Source: a virus (lineage: Duplodnaviria; Caudoviricetes). From it: a stretch of DNA of 64,000 bases. Within the stretch, counting starts at the first letter, position 1. Each line of letters begins with the position of its first letter. The position numbers and the translations under genes were made by a program. The DNA lies in IMG/VR virus record IMGVR_UViG_3300021256_000062, positions 1-64,000 of that record. One strand, given 5' to 3'. The notes under the pieces are model-generated. The model was not told where the DNA came from. It did not search any database and worked only from the letters and a program-made list of their open reading frames with translations. Positions 8,975-17,860 of the stretch are shown here, in pieces.

Positions 8975-9367
8975 TTATTTTAATTTTTTAACATATTCAT
9001 CTATTTTTTCAAATATCTCTTCATCACCATGCCAATACTTATTTATTCTACAATCCTTTATACAATCTTGAATATGTAAATATTCTTTTAAATAACTACA
9101 ATATTGAAGCATTGTATTTCCAGATGGAATATCATAAGATGTTATAGTTTGACCTGTAGATGGATTAGTAAAAGTCTTTTTAAATTTTTCTAATCTAGAG
9201 TTAGTTATTTTTCTCCATTGTAAGAATGGACATTCAGTACCACCTACATCACTACACTTGGTTCCGTCACCTATGCAATAATGTCACTGAGGTACAACTT
9301 CTTCTACTTCATCTATAATTGATTTAATAGATGGTTTTATATATCTTTTTTCTACTTTGAATTTCAT
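8975..9367 (-). pseudogene. 130-codon Cys-rich gene with one in-frame TGA (pseudogene or read-through/recoded)
   Basis: AGGTGA RBS, ATG 9367, TGA at codon 28 (9284-9286), then open to TAA 8975; fills the operon gap. Confidence 0.75.
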
Positions 9368-9369
9368 AA

Positions 9370-9555
9370 TTAATCACCTGATTTTTCTACAAACCAAATG
9401 TATCCACCCTTATCAACAGGGGATAATTCACTATTTTTATATCCTTCTAGATAATGATTCTTATAATCTCTTAATGATTGCATACTAGTAAATACTTTCA
9501 TACCTACTAATTTATACTTTTCATCAGTAATCCATATTAATGTATATTGTTCCAT
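9370..9555 (-). CDS. hypothetical protein
   Basis: 61 aa, AGGAG RBS. Confidence 0.7.
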   Translation of the reverse strand: MEQYTLIWITDEKYKLVGMKVFTSMQSLRDYKNHYLEGYKNSELSPVDKGGYIWFVEKSGD

Positions 9556-9566
9556 AATTTCATCTC

Positions 9567-10880
9567 CTAAATCAATTTATCAATTATTTCTTTTTTAACT
9601 TTGTCTAATAAAATTTCTTTTTTATTTTCAAGTCTACCTTCAATTACATCATTCAAATAACTCTCTAAAATATCTTTAATAACAAGTCCTGGTTCTAATC
9701 CTAATTCAATTAAATCATTTCCATTAATAGCTAATTGTTTTAATGAATAACAACCATTATTAATTATATATTCTAAATCATCACGTAGTTTAACAGCTGT
9801 GCGTCCATCAATATCACCAATAACCCATGACATCATTATAGATGATATCATAACATAAGTACAATATTCTTTATTGTCATTATGTTTTAATTCATGTAAT
9901 GCTTTTGTAATCATATATTTATTAACATCTTGGTTATTTAATTTTAAATATTGGTATTTACCAACACTAACTACACTATTTTCATTAAATGTTCTACAAA
10001 TATCATTTATATAATCTTTATCCTTATTAGATAATGTTAGATAATTAAACAATAAATGTCTTGATTCAATTCCAGTAAAAAGTAAACAATATGATAATAT
10101 ATAATCTCTATCAACTAGAGACTCACTATTAAATATTCTAAATATTAAATTCATATCATAAAGATGTTTATCATTTAAAGGTAGTACCTGTTTAAGAATG
10201 TTATAAACTAATATATTATTTAATATTCTAGCAAATCCTTTTCCACAAACTAATTTATTACATTCTACTGTTTTACGTTCTTTTGCAATATAAACTAATT
10301 CAGACTTTAATTCCTCTGCAGCAAGTAATGTATCCATATCAATATCAAAATCTAATACTGATGCAAATCTAATCATTCTTAAAATTCTTAAGGCATCTTC
10401 TTCAAAACGTTTTCTAGGTTCACCTACAGCTTTAATTAATTTATGTTCTAAATCATTGATACCTCCAAAGTAATCTAAAATATATTTACCATCATATACT
10501 AAAGAGTTAATAGTAAAATCTCTTCTTGATAAATCTTCTTGAAGATTACTTGTAAATATAACTCCATCTGGATGTCTGTGGTCAGTATATTCTCCATCTA
10601 AACGATATGTTGTAATTTCATAATTTTCATTTTCATATCTAACAGTTACAGTTCCATGCTTTTCACCATTATTATTAATTAACTCATAATCACTAAATAC
10701 TTCCTTAATTTGTTCAGGTGTTGCATTTGTAGTAATATCGTAATCCTTAGGAGTTTTACCTAACATTAAATCTCTTACACATCCACCAACAATATATGCT
10801 TCATATTTAGTATGTAATTGGTTTAATAAGTCTTTAACTGCTTGTGGAATATTAAAATCATACTTATATTTTCCTACCAT
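9567..10880 (-). CDS. cca: CCA tRNA nucleotidyltransferase (class II)
   Basis: VGGCVRD..DYD, flexible loop EYTDHRHPD, RRDFTIN, template motif EDALR; no HD domain. Confidence 0.88.
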   Translation of the reverse strand: MVGKYKYDFNIPQAVKDLLNQLHTKYEAYIVGGCVRDLMLGKTPKDYDITTNATPEQIKEVFSDYELINNNGEKHGTVTVRYENENYEITTYRLDGEYTDHRHPDGVIFTSNLQEDLSRRDFTINSLVYDGKYILDYFGGINDLEHKLIKAVGEPRKRFEEDALRILRMIRFASVLDFDIDMDTLLAAEELKSELVYIAKERKTVECNKLVCGKGFARILNNILVYNILKQVLPLNDKHLYDMNLIFRIFNSESLVDRDYILSYCLLFTGIESRHLLFNYLTLSNKDKDYINDICRTFNENSVVSVGKYQYLKLNNQDVNKYMITKALHELKHNDNKEYCTYVMISSIMMSWVIGDIDGRTAVKLRDDLEYIINNGCYSLKQLAINGNDLIELGLEPGLVIKDILESYLNDVIEGRLENKKEILLDKVKKEIIDKLI

Positions 10881-10911
10881 AGTAACATCTCCTTAATAGT
10901 TATCTGATAAT

Positions 10912-10940
10912 ATTATATAGGTTTTTATAAAATTTGTCAA
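10912..10940 (-). promoter_or_regulatory. consensus sigma-A promoter of the cca operon
   Basis: TTGACA-17 bp-TATAAT. Confidence 0.85.
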
Positions 10941-10949
10941 TATGAAAGT

Positions 10950-10980
10950 AAAAAAAAAGTGATGAGAATAATCCCACCAC
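10950..10980 (-). terminator. intrinsic terminator ending the 11-16 kb operon
   Basis: GTGGTGGGA-TTAT-TCTCATCAC stem (2 G-U) followed by T9 on minus strand. Confidence 0.75.
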
Positions 10981-10998
10981 ATTATTTTTTTTTATATT

Positions 10999-11316
10999 TT
11001 AAGATTGGTTTACATCAATCATTTTAAATTCAGTAGTTATTGTGACATCGCTCTTTGTTCCAATTACTTTAAACATGAATCCAGGAAATTGTAATACACT
11101 AGTAGGTATTTCAACTTTATCATCAATTAGTTCTATATTCACAGCTTCATCTCCAAATGTCTTAATTATTATTTCTTTATTTAAATTATCCCAATTATCT
11201 GAAAAGATAAATTTAGCAACTACAAATCCACTAGAACCTTCTACTAATTCATTACTATCTAATCTACTAATAGTTTGATTGACTACTTGAAAACGTAAGG
11301 TCATCTTATTTTCCAT
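10999..11316 (-). CDS. putative BppU-like/Ig-like virion protein
   Basis: beta-rich, F.V.NQ.I...F.FS..W..L.K pattern recalled from baseplate-upper-like domains; context. Confidence 0.45.
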   Translation of the reverse strand: MENKMTLRFQVVNQTISRLDSNELVEGSSGFVVAKFIFSDNWDNLNKEIIIKTFGDEAVNIELIDDKVEIPTSVLQFPGFMFKVIGTKSDVTITTEFKMIDVNQS

Positions 11317-11329
11317 ACTATAACTCCTT

Positions 11330-11776
11330 TTAATTTAAAACATAAAATCTTCTTCTAGGAATTAATGTTGTAGTCTTTTGTATGTCATTAACATAATATG
11401 TTAGTTTAACTTGATAATAATAAACACCTTCATCTAAACCTAAACTATCTTCACTTGTAATAGGGAATACTACATAGTTTCCATCTTGAATAACATCATC
11501 ACTATTACATTCTTTTCTTAGTAATGGATTTTCCCATTTCTCATTTGCTGTAAATAATCTAAATTCTACAACATCGCCTTCACTTAATTGAATGTCATAA
11601 CTCATTAATGGGTTTCCTGTCTTTAACCATACTGGTATGTCTAATGTATCTCCTCTAGAAATAGTAATTATTCCATCCTTAGATATTCTTGTTTCTCCTC
11701 TAATAGATAATCCTTGTTGTTGTAGTAGATTATCTATTTCTTCTTTTGTATATATTTGTATTCTATCATTAGCCAT
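11330..11776 (-). CDS. putative BppU-like/Ig-like virion protein
   Basis: YTKEEID N-terminal motif, ITISRGDT, T.EDS..L..G.YYYQVKL. Confidence 0.5.
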   Translation of the reverse strand: MANDRIQIYTKEEIDNLLQQQGLSIRGETRISKDGIITISRGDTLDIPVWLKTGNPLMSYDIQLSEGDVVEFRLFTANEKWENPLLRKECNSDDVIQDGNYVVFPITSEDSLGLDEGVYYYQVKLTYYVNDIQKTTTLIPRRRFYVLN

Positions 11777-11791
11777 TATTATATTCTCCTA

Positions 11792-12649
11792 TTATAATAA
11801 TTTTATTTCGTGATGAACAAAACTACTCCAATCTCTCATTGCTGTAGAATGATAATCACTACCATAATTAAATCTCATTCCACCTGAACCATCACTTTCA
11901 ATCCAAATTACGTGTTGTTGAGAAGTAGTACTTATATTATACCCGTTAGCAGGAAATTTAATACCGTTTCTAGAAGCAACATATGAATAAAATTTTTCTT
12001 TAGTATCCAATTGTTCAGGAGCAATTATACAACAAGTGATATATTCGTGATAATAGTTATCAACGAAATCTATGTAGTTTGCATATAATTCACTACCACC
12101 ACTATTTTCTAATGTTGTTACTCGGCTATCTAAATCACTTACTCTGCCATCTAAGTCAGTGATTTGCAAATCTAAATCATATATTCGACTAAGTATTTCT
12201 TCGGTGTCTATACTACCTCTATTATAAAACGCATACCATTGGTCATTATTGTCTTGCATAAATGCTATTGTATATGTGTCAATGAAACCTAAAGCAGTAG
12301 TAATTGTTTCAAAACCAATTACGTGTTTCATACTTTGTTGTGTAATCTTATCATAAGATATAACGTTAAATAGTGTATCAGTTGTAATGCTACCCTGTGT
12401 TAGAGTATTCATTATTGTTCCACTAACAAACAATGCTCTTTTGCCACTTAACACTATGGTTTCAAGTTCACTTGATAATGTAACAACTAAAAAACCACTT
12501 TGTGTTCCTGTAATTGTTACATCACTTTCCTCTACTTTGTAAGGTTCAAATTCACTTATTCTAGCATCTAATTCTGATGTTTTATTGTCAGTATAGTCTT
12601 TACTTGCTTGTGCTAAGTTATGTAGGTTTCTAGCGTACTGTTGGTTCAT
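11792..12649 (-). CDS. putative tail fibre/appendage protein
   Basis: heptad LDLQITDLDGRVSDLDSRVTTLEN between two globular regions. Confidence 0.45.
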   Translation of the reverse strand: MNQQYARNLHNLAQASKDYTDNKTSELDARISEFEPYKVEESDVTITGTQSGFLVVTLSSELETIVLSGKRALFVSGTIMNTLTQGSITTDTLFNVISYDKITQQSMKHVIGFETITTALGFIDTYTIAFMQDNNDQWYAFYNRGSIDTEEILSRIYDLDLQITDLDGRVSDLDSRVTTLENSGGSELYANYIDFVDNYYHEYITCCIIAPEQLDTKEKFYSYVASRNGIKFPANGYNISTTSQQHVIWIESDGSGGMRFNYGSDYHSTAMRDWSSFVHHEIKLL

Positions 12650-13379
12650 CTACAACTACCCCCTGTTCAAATACTTCTTGTAGTAATGTATTCATTTCTG
12701 AATCAGTTAGGAATTGATTATCTATATTTCCTTCATCTATAATTTCATTATTGTTATATGTAAGTTTATTTGTAAATCTATCTAGTTTTAATTCATTGTC
12801 ATTAAATGTAACTCTAAATCCATTATAATTTAAAGAGAAAAGTGCATTTGCTATTCGTGTATTATCTTCATAGTACTCATATGTCATATAAGGATAATTT
12901 AATATTCCCATAAAAGAAGTATGTTCACGTTTAGGCATATATTGTGTTGCCTCATCAATAAAATGACTTCCTAATGATGCTGTACCTCTAGCTGCTTGTA
13001 TTCTTGAATAATCATTAGCACCTTGTCTACAATACATTTCAGCAAAATTTTCTGATAAATAATTATAGGCATACTTGTTTTCATCATTACTCTTTTCCCA
13101 TTTAGTCATAATATGACCACTACCATAAGTAGTGTTAGATTTCTCTTGTCCAACTTTATTTGCTATTATTTTATCAGCAGTAATTGTTTGATTCTCATTA
13201 GTTAAATCAGCCTTTGAGTCTAAGTCTTCACTACCTATAAGTTTATACTTATCATCACCTAATTTTAAACTAGTTAGATGGACTTCTGTCCCATCTAACT
13301 CTGGATTTGCTACAATCTCATCGGTTTCATAACCTAAATATAATTTTTTACCTTTACCATCTACAAATTCTTTACTCAT
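12630..13379 (-). CDS. putative tail fibre/appendage protein
   Basis: IVANPELDGTE..LTSLKLG, LDSKAD, C-terminal LTDSEMNTLL; operon context. Confidence 0.4.
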   Translation of the reverse strand: MSKEFVDGKGKKLYLGYETDEIVANPELDGTEVHLTSLKLGDDKYKLIGSEDLDSKADLTNENQTITADKIIANKVGQEKSNTTYGSGHIMTKWEKSNDENKYAYNYLSENFAEMYCRQGANDYSRIQAARGTASLGSHFIDEATQYMPKREHTSFMGILNYPYMTYEYYEDNTRIANALFSLNYNGFRVTFNDNELKLDRFTNKLTYNNNEIIDEGNIDNQFLTDSEMNTLLQEVFEQGVVVDEPTVR

Positions 13380-13500
13380 TATTAGTTTCCCTCTCTTTAT
13401 TTAGATAATCACTTAAACAACTTTCTAGTATTCTTAAATGGGTATATAAATCATCTATATAATCAAATGAATATATACTAGGTGTTTTATTTGCCATCAT
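13372..13500 (-). CDS. 42 aa microprotein duplicating the C-terminal helix of 13501..13938 (not in ORF track)
   Basis: MMANKTPSIYSFDYIDDLYTHLRILESCLSDYLNKERETNNE; 19-bp exact repeat 13405-13423 = 13564-13582. Confidence 0.6.
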   Translation of the reverse strand: MMANKTPSIYSFDYIDDLYTHLRILESCLSDYLNKERETNNE

Positions 13501-13938
13501 CTAAATTTCTTTGTTTAATTTGTCCATTGTTGGGTTATTTACATCATCCCCAACTATTTCATTATAATCACTTAAACAACTTGTTAATTGACCAATATGT
13601 AAGTTTAAATTGTCTACCATCTCATTTAAGATTTCACTCATATTATCAGTATTTAAATCTTCATCTGTTAAAGTAACATTAACTGATTCACATTCAGTAA
13701 TCATATCATAACATTTAGTTATTAAATCTCTTATTAATGTATCCTTAGCATTATCTTCTTGTTGTTTAGTAGGTTCAGTATCAGTAATGTTTCTAGTGAA
13801 AATAACAGTATCATCATCATTTAATACTTCAACTAGTACTCTAGGATTCTTTAGAGATTCTAATACACTAGTTTGTTTTGCTTCAAATAAAGATTTACAT
13901 TTTTTTATAATTAGGTTGTCTTTTCTTACTTTGAACAT
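13501..13938 (-). CDS. hypothetical protein (probable late/virion)
   Basis: GGAGG RBS, operon context. Confidence 0.75.
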   Translation of the reverse strand: MFKVRKDNLIIKKCKSLFEAKQTSVLESLKNPRVLVEVLNDDDTVIFTRNITDTEPTKQQEDNAKDTLIRDLITKCYDMITECESVNVTLTDEDLNTDNMSEILNEMVDNLNLHIGQLTSCLSDYNEIVGDDVNNPTMDKLNKEI

Positions 13939-13950
13939 ATTCAGACCCTC

Positions 13951-16092
13951 CTACATTAAGAAAGAGTCTGAATCATCTTCATCATAATCATCTCTATCAT
14001 ATCCTGTTGAATCACTCATATACTTTTTAGCATTTGGTTTAACTGGTGGTACAGGTGCATTTTCAACATCAAGTGTTTGTTCAGCTTCTTCTTGGTCTTC
14101 TAGTTCTTGTTCAGTTTTATCTGGTGCTTCAACATCAGTCTTACTAAAATCAATATTTTCAATATCACTTACATCATCTACAAGGTCTATATCATTCATA
14201 CCTAGAGATTCTTCAATGAAATCACCATGAAGTGCTAATAAATCATCTAATTGAGTAATTGATACTCCATCTGGATATAATTCTTCTAATAATTTGTTAA
14301 GTTCTCTTACTAAACCATCACTATTGATTTTATCCCATAAGTCTTTTGCCTTATCACTTGGAACATAATCATCTAATGAACCTAATAATTTTAAATCTTC
14401 ATTTAAATCTTTTTTAGGATTTAATTCAACTTCTTTCTTTTTACCACTTAATTTTAAGATTCTAGGTTGTGGTTCAACCTCTTCTTGTTGACAAACTGCT
14501 ACATATTCACTATATGTGTAATTACCTTTCTTATATTCTTCATAGGCAATTTCATCAGCTGTTAAGTAGTCTCCATCATATTCAGTATATTCAGGACCCC
14601 AAGAACGTTTATAGTCTCCATCCTTATCATCCCCAGGTTGAGATTCTTTTAATGACTCATCTTTACCATTTAAATATTTTTGTTCAGCTTCTCTTGAACC
14701 AACTTCATTTTCACAATAAGCAAGTTCTTCAGCTTCATCATCAGTTAATTTTCTTTGTTTTTGAATTTCTTTTAATTCTTTAATTCTATCTTCAGTGTTA
14801 TAAGATTCTTTAAATTCTAAATCTAAATCATAATCACTATCTTCATCTTCTACTGCATAAGAACTTTCACTTGTTGCTACCCAACCATCTTTGTCAATAG
14901 TTAAAGTATCTAGTTCAAATTTTCCATCTTTGAAATCTTGTAATAATTTCTTTAATGCTTCTAAATCTAACTTTTCATTTAATTTTAAACTTTCATCAAA
15001 GTTATGGTCTACATTTGACCAAACCTTTTTAGAAGAGTATCCATCATTGATATCTTTAAATACTTCAACTTCATTATCATCATCTTGAGCTAAATCAGTT
15101 GCAACTGCAATTGCATCTTCTTTAGTTTGATAACTATCATGGAACTCACCATTTAATTCAATGTAGTAATATGTTTGTGATTTATCTTCTAATTCAGCAC
15201 AATCAATGAATCCTTTTCCTGCAATACTTACAAATGGATTACCTATATGATAAGTATTAGGTTGAACATTTAATTGTTCATCATCATCCATTTGATTTAA
15301 TTTATTTAGGATATCGTTTAATAATTCTTTAAATTCTCCAACAGTATAATCATTATATCCTTCTTTTAAGTTTAATGATTCAGTTTTATTATCAGTGATA
15401 TCAGTTATTTTAATTTCGTAATATCTATCATCATAAAGGATTCTTATAATTCCTTGAGCATCATCAACCTCATTTGGTTGGTCAATTGAATCTCCAATTA
15501 AATCAGTACGTATTAGTTCATAATCAGGATGTTGCAAAATAGTATCAAATAATAAATTTGCAAATTCCGCTCTATTTGTTTTAACTCTACCTTCAGTTAT
15601 AGTTTTCTTATTTTTAAGTTCAGCAACTTGTTTATCTAATTCAGTTTGAGATACCTTTTTAATTTCACATTCTTCAGGAATAATTAAATGTTTCTTAGCT
15701 GTTTCTTCATCATCATATCCAATTAGAGGTATACCCTTTTTATTATATATTACATATACGTATTTTTCATCATTTTCAGATTCATTCAATTTAAATGTGA
15801 AATTATATTTGTAAGATTCATCAATAGTTTTATTCCATTTATAACTTATATTATTTTTCTTACAAGTCTCTACAATATGTCTTAATTCTTTTCTACCTTT
15901 ACACTTAACTACATAATTACCTTCATTAAGTGACCACATACCTTTAAAGTTATCATTTAGGTAACTTTCATTTAAAGGTTCTGGTTCATCTAGATTTAAT
16001 TTATTAATGTTTTCATCTAGTTGTCTTTTCTTTTTAAAATCATCAATTCTACTTTCAATTACATTTTTACTTGTTATTTTTTGTACTTTCAT
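13951..16092 (-). CDS. large acidic multi-module protein, possible internal head protein with repeated (L/I/F)-x-E sites
   Basis: start ATG 16092 after AGGAG; modules separated by LNES/IDES/ITEG/LKEG/LNEK/FKES/LKES/LNED. Confidence 0.5.
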   Translation of the reverse strand: MKVQKITSKNVIESRIDDFKKKRQLDENINKLNLDEPEPLNESYLNDNFKGMWSLNEGNYVVKCKGRKELRHIVETCKKNNISYKWNKTIDESYKYNFTFKLNESENDEKYVYVIYNKKGIPLIGYDDEETAKKHLIIPEECEIKKVSQTELDKQVAELKNKKTITEGRVKTNRAEFANLLFDTILQHPDYELIRTDLIGDSIDQPNEVDDAQGIIRILYDDRYYEIKITDITDNKTESLNLKEGYNDYTVGEFKELLNDILNKLNQMDDDEQLNVQPNTYHIGNPFVSIAGKGFIDCAELEDKSQTYYYIELNGEFHDSYQTKEDAIAVATDLAQDDDNEVEVFKDINDGYSSKKVWSNVDHNFDESLKLNEKLDLEALKKLLQDFKDGKFELDTLTIDKDGWVATSESSYAVEDEDSDYDLDLEFKESYNTEDRIKELKEIQKQRKLTDDEAEELAYCENEVGSREAEQKYLNGKDESLKESQPGDDKDGDYKRSWGPEYTEYDGDYLTADEIAYEEYKKGNYTYSEYVAVCQQEEVEPQPRILKLSGKKKEVELNPKKDLNEDLKLLGSLDDYVPSDKAKDLWDKINSDGLVRELNKLLEELYPDGVSITQLDDLLALHGDFIEESLGMNDIDLVDDVSDIENIDFSKTDVEAPDKTEQELEDQEEAEQTLDVENAPVPPVKPNAKKYMSDSTGYDRDDYDEDDSDSFLM

Positions 16093-16138
16093 TGTTTTAC
16101 TCCTACTTTTCAAAATTAGATAATTTTCAATTATCTAT

Positions 16139-16148
16139 ATAATTTAGC
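16139..16148 (-). promoter_or_regulatory. candidate phage-specific promoter GCTAAATTAT
   Basis: lies between a terminator and the first gene of the virion-like operon; same 10-mer at 18985 and 52912. Confidence 0.55.
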
Positions 16149-16172
16149 TAGTTTAATAGAAAAAATTTTAAT

Positions 16173-16198
16173 AAAAATAGAGTTGTTTTCCAACTCTA
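16173..16198 (-). terminator. intrinsic terminator
   Basis: TAGAGTTG-GAAAA-CAACTCTA + TTTTT. Confidence 0.8.
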
Positions 16199-16203
16199 CA
16201 TTA

Positions 16204-16350
16204 TCATTCTATTACAATTCCAAAGTCTTCAAGACTCATTTGTACATATTTTGGTTCTTTTGGTTCTTCTTCAACACTACATGCTTCTTTTTGTTTTGTA
16301 TTATTTTTAACATCTTTTAATTGTTCTTCAATTACTTGTTTATCTTTCAT
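16204..16350 (-). CDS. 48 aa microprotein ending in QMSLEDF (not in ORF track)
   Basis: GAGGAG RBS; MKDKQVIEEQ...KYVQMSLEDFGIVIE; immediately before terminator. Confidence 0.7.
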   Translation of the reverse strand: MKDKQVIEEQLKDVKNNTKQKEACSVEEEPKEPKYVQMSLEDFGIVIE

Positions 16351-16675
16351 CTTCTAACTCCTCTATATATGCCATATGATAAATTACTCCTGATACATAA
16401 TCATAACTATTAATTTTATCTACAGGAATATCTATTGTTTTACTAACATTAAATAAGATTTTATGGTCATCAGTTTGATTACCAAATCTACAATTAATTT
16501 GGAATAACATTGTTTCACATTCTTTTTTGTCATCATCCATAATTAGTTCAATACTATCCACAACAAAATAGGAATTTAAATATACTCTTGATATTTCTTT
16601 TTCTCCAATTAATTGTATTTGTTCAGCATAAGCATTAATTAAGTCCAAAAGGTTAACATCTGTTAATAATCTCAT
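16340..16675 (-). CDS. hypothetical protein
   Basis: 111 aa, GAAAGGA RBS. Confidence 0.75.
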   Translation of the reverse strand: MRLLTDVNLLDLINAYAEQIQLIGEKEISRVYLNSYFVVDSIELIMDDDKKECETMLFQINCRFGNQTDDHKILFNVSKTIDIPVDKINSYDYVSGVIYHMAYIEELEDER

Positions 16676-16698
16676 AGTTCCTTTCTCCTTTCATATTA

Positions 16699-17571
16699 TT
16701 ATACAATTTCTATAACTAATATGTTGCATTTATTACTTAATGCTGTAGTTGCATCTAATGCTATTAAATTTTCACCAATATAAGCATCATCAGTATTTAA
16801 GTTAAGATAATGTTGATTGAATTCAGAACATCTATAATGTCCACAAACTAAAACTTTACCTTTTTCTTTTTCTTGATTAAATAATCCAGCATCAAAGAAT
16901 CTGTATGCACATCCCCACATTGCAGTATTCCACTCTGTATCAGTTGAATCTCTCCAATTTGGTTTTTCATCAAAATATTGAGTCCATCCATAATATATAC
17001 AATAATCTTCATTATCAAATCCTCTGTCTGGTTTAAATATTAATGGTATAAATGAATGTACAAATATATACTTGTCTAATTCATAATAATTTACCCATTG
17101 TTTAGATTTTAACCATTTAGTTATTTCAGATTCTTTAACTTTTCTTTTTATATCTCTCCATTTATCTTGACATTCAGATTCAATAAATTCATCACTAAAA
17201 TATGAACCATATGACATATGATATCCTAGTCTTAATTCATACTCGACATCTAAATCATACCCAGCTATTTGGATAAATGTGCCAACTGTTCCATTACTGA
17301 AATCATGACTTTCTGGAAATTTCTTTTTTAATAAATCAAAATATAATGATTCATGATTTCCTTTAATAAGTATACAACGCTTTTTAGGAATTGATTTTAA
17401 AAACTTATATACTTCTAAAGGTTCAGTACCTCTATCAAATACATCTCCACATACAATAAGTATATGGTTGGGATTTCTCTTATCAAACCCTTTTTCTTTT
17501 AATGATTCTTTTAGTACTGATGCATAACCATGTATATCACTAGTGACAAAATATGTCTTACTCACTAACAT
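16699..17571 (-). CDS. calcineurin-like metallophosphoesterase (Ser/Thr phosphatase-like)
   Basis: SDIHG, GDVFDRG, KGNHE, FVH, GH. Confidence 0.88.
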   Translation of the reverse strand: MLVSKTYFVTSDIHGYASVLKESLKEKGFDKRNPNHILIVCGDVFDRGTEPLEVYKFLKSIPKKRCILIKGNHESLYFDLLKKKFPESHDFSNGTVGTFIQIAGYDLDVEYELRLGYHMSYGSYFSDEFIESECQDKWRDIKRKVKESEITKWLKSKQWVNYYELDKYIFVHSFIPLIFKPDRGFDNEDYCIYYGWTQYFDEKPNWRDSTDTEWNTAMWGCAYRFFDAGLFNQEKEKGKVLVCGHYRCSEFNQHYLNLNTDDAYIGENLIALDATTALSNKCNILVIEIV

Positions 17572-17860
17572 TCTCCTTTACATCTTCTTTAGTTTCTTCC
17601 TCAACATATTTACACTCACCATCTATTATAACTGGATAATCTAATTCTTGACCACAATAAATACAATAATTCATAGTATGACTATTTTCAGCTGCAAATC
17701 CTTTTATAAAATGTAATTTAGGACCTTGTTCTTTCATTAAAATTTGTTTACAATTAGGGCAACTGATAGTAGTTATTAATACATTTACTGATTGAACATT
17801 ACCATTAAAATTGATAGATTGTTCAATTGTTTGTTCTTCTATTAGTATTTGTTTTTTCAT
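17558..17860 (-). CDS. Zn-ribbon protein
   Basis: CPNC...CIYCGQ. Confidence 0.7.
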   Translation of the reverse strand: MKKQILIEEQTIEQSINFNGNVQSVNVLITTISCPNCKQILMKEQGPKLHFIKGFAAENSHTMNYCIYCGQELDYPVIIDGECKYVEEETKEDVKENVSE

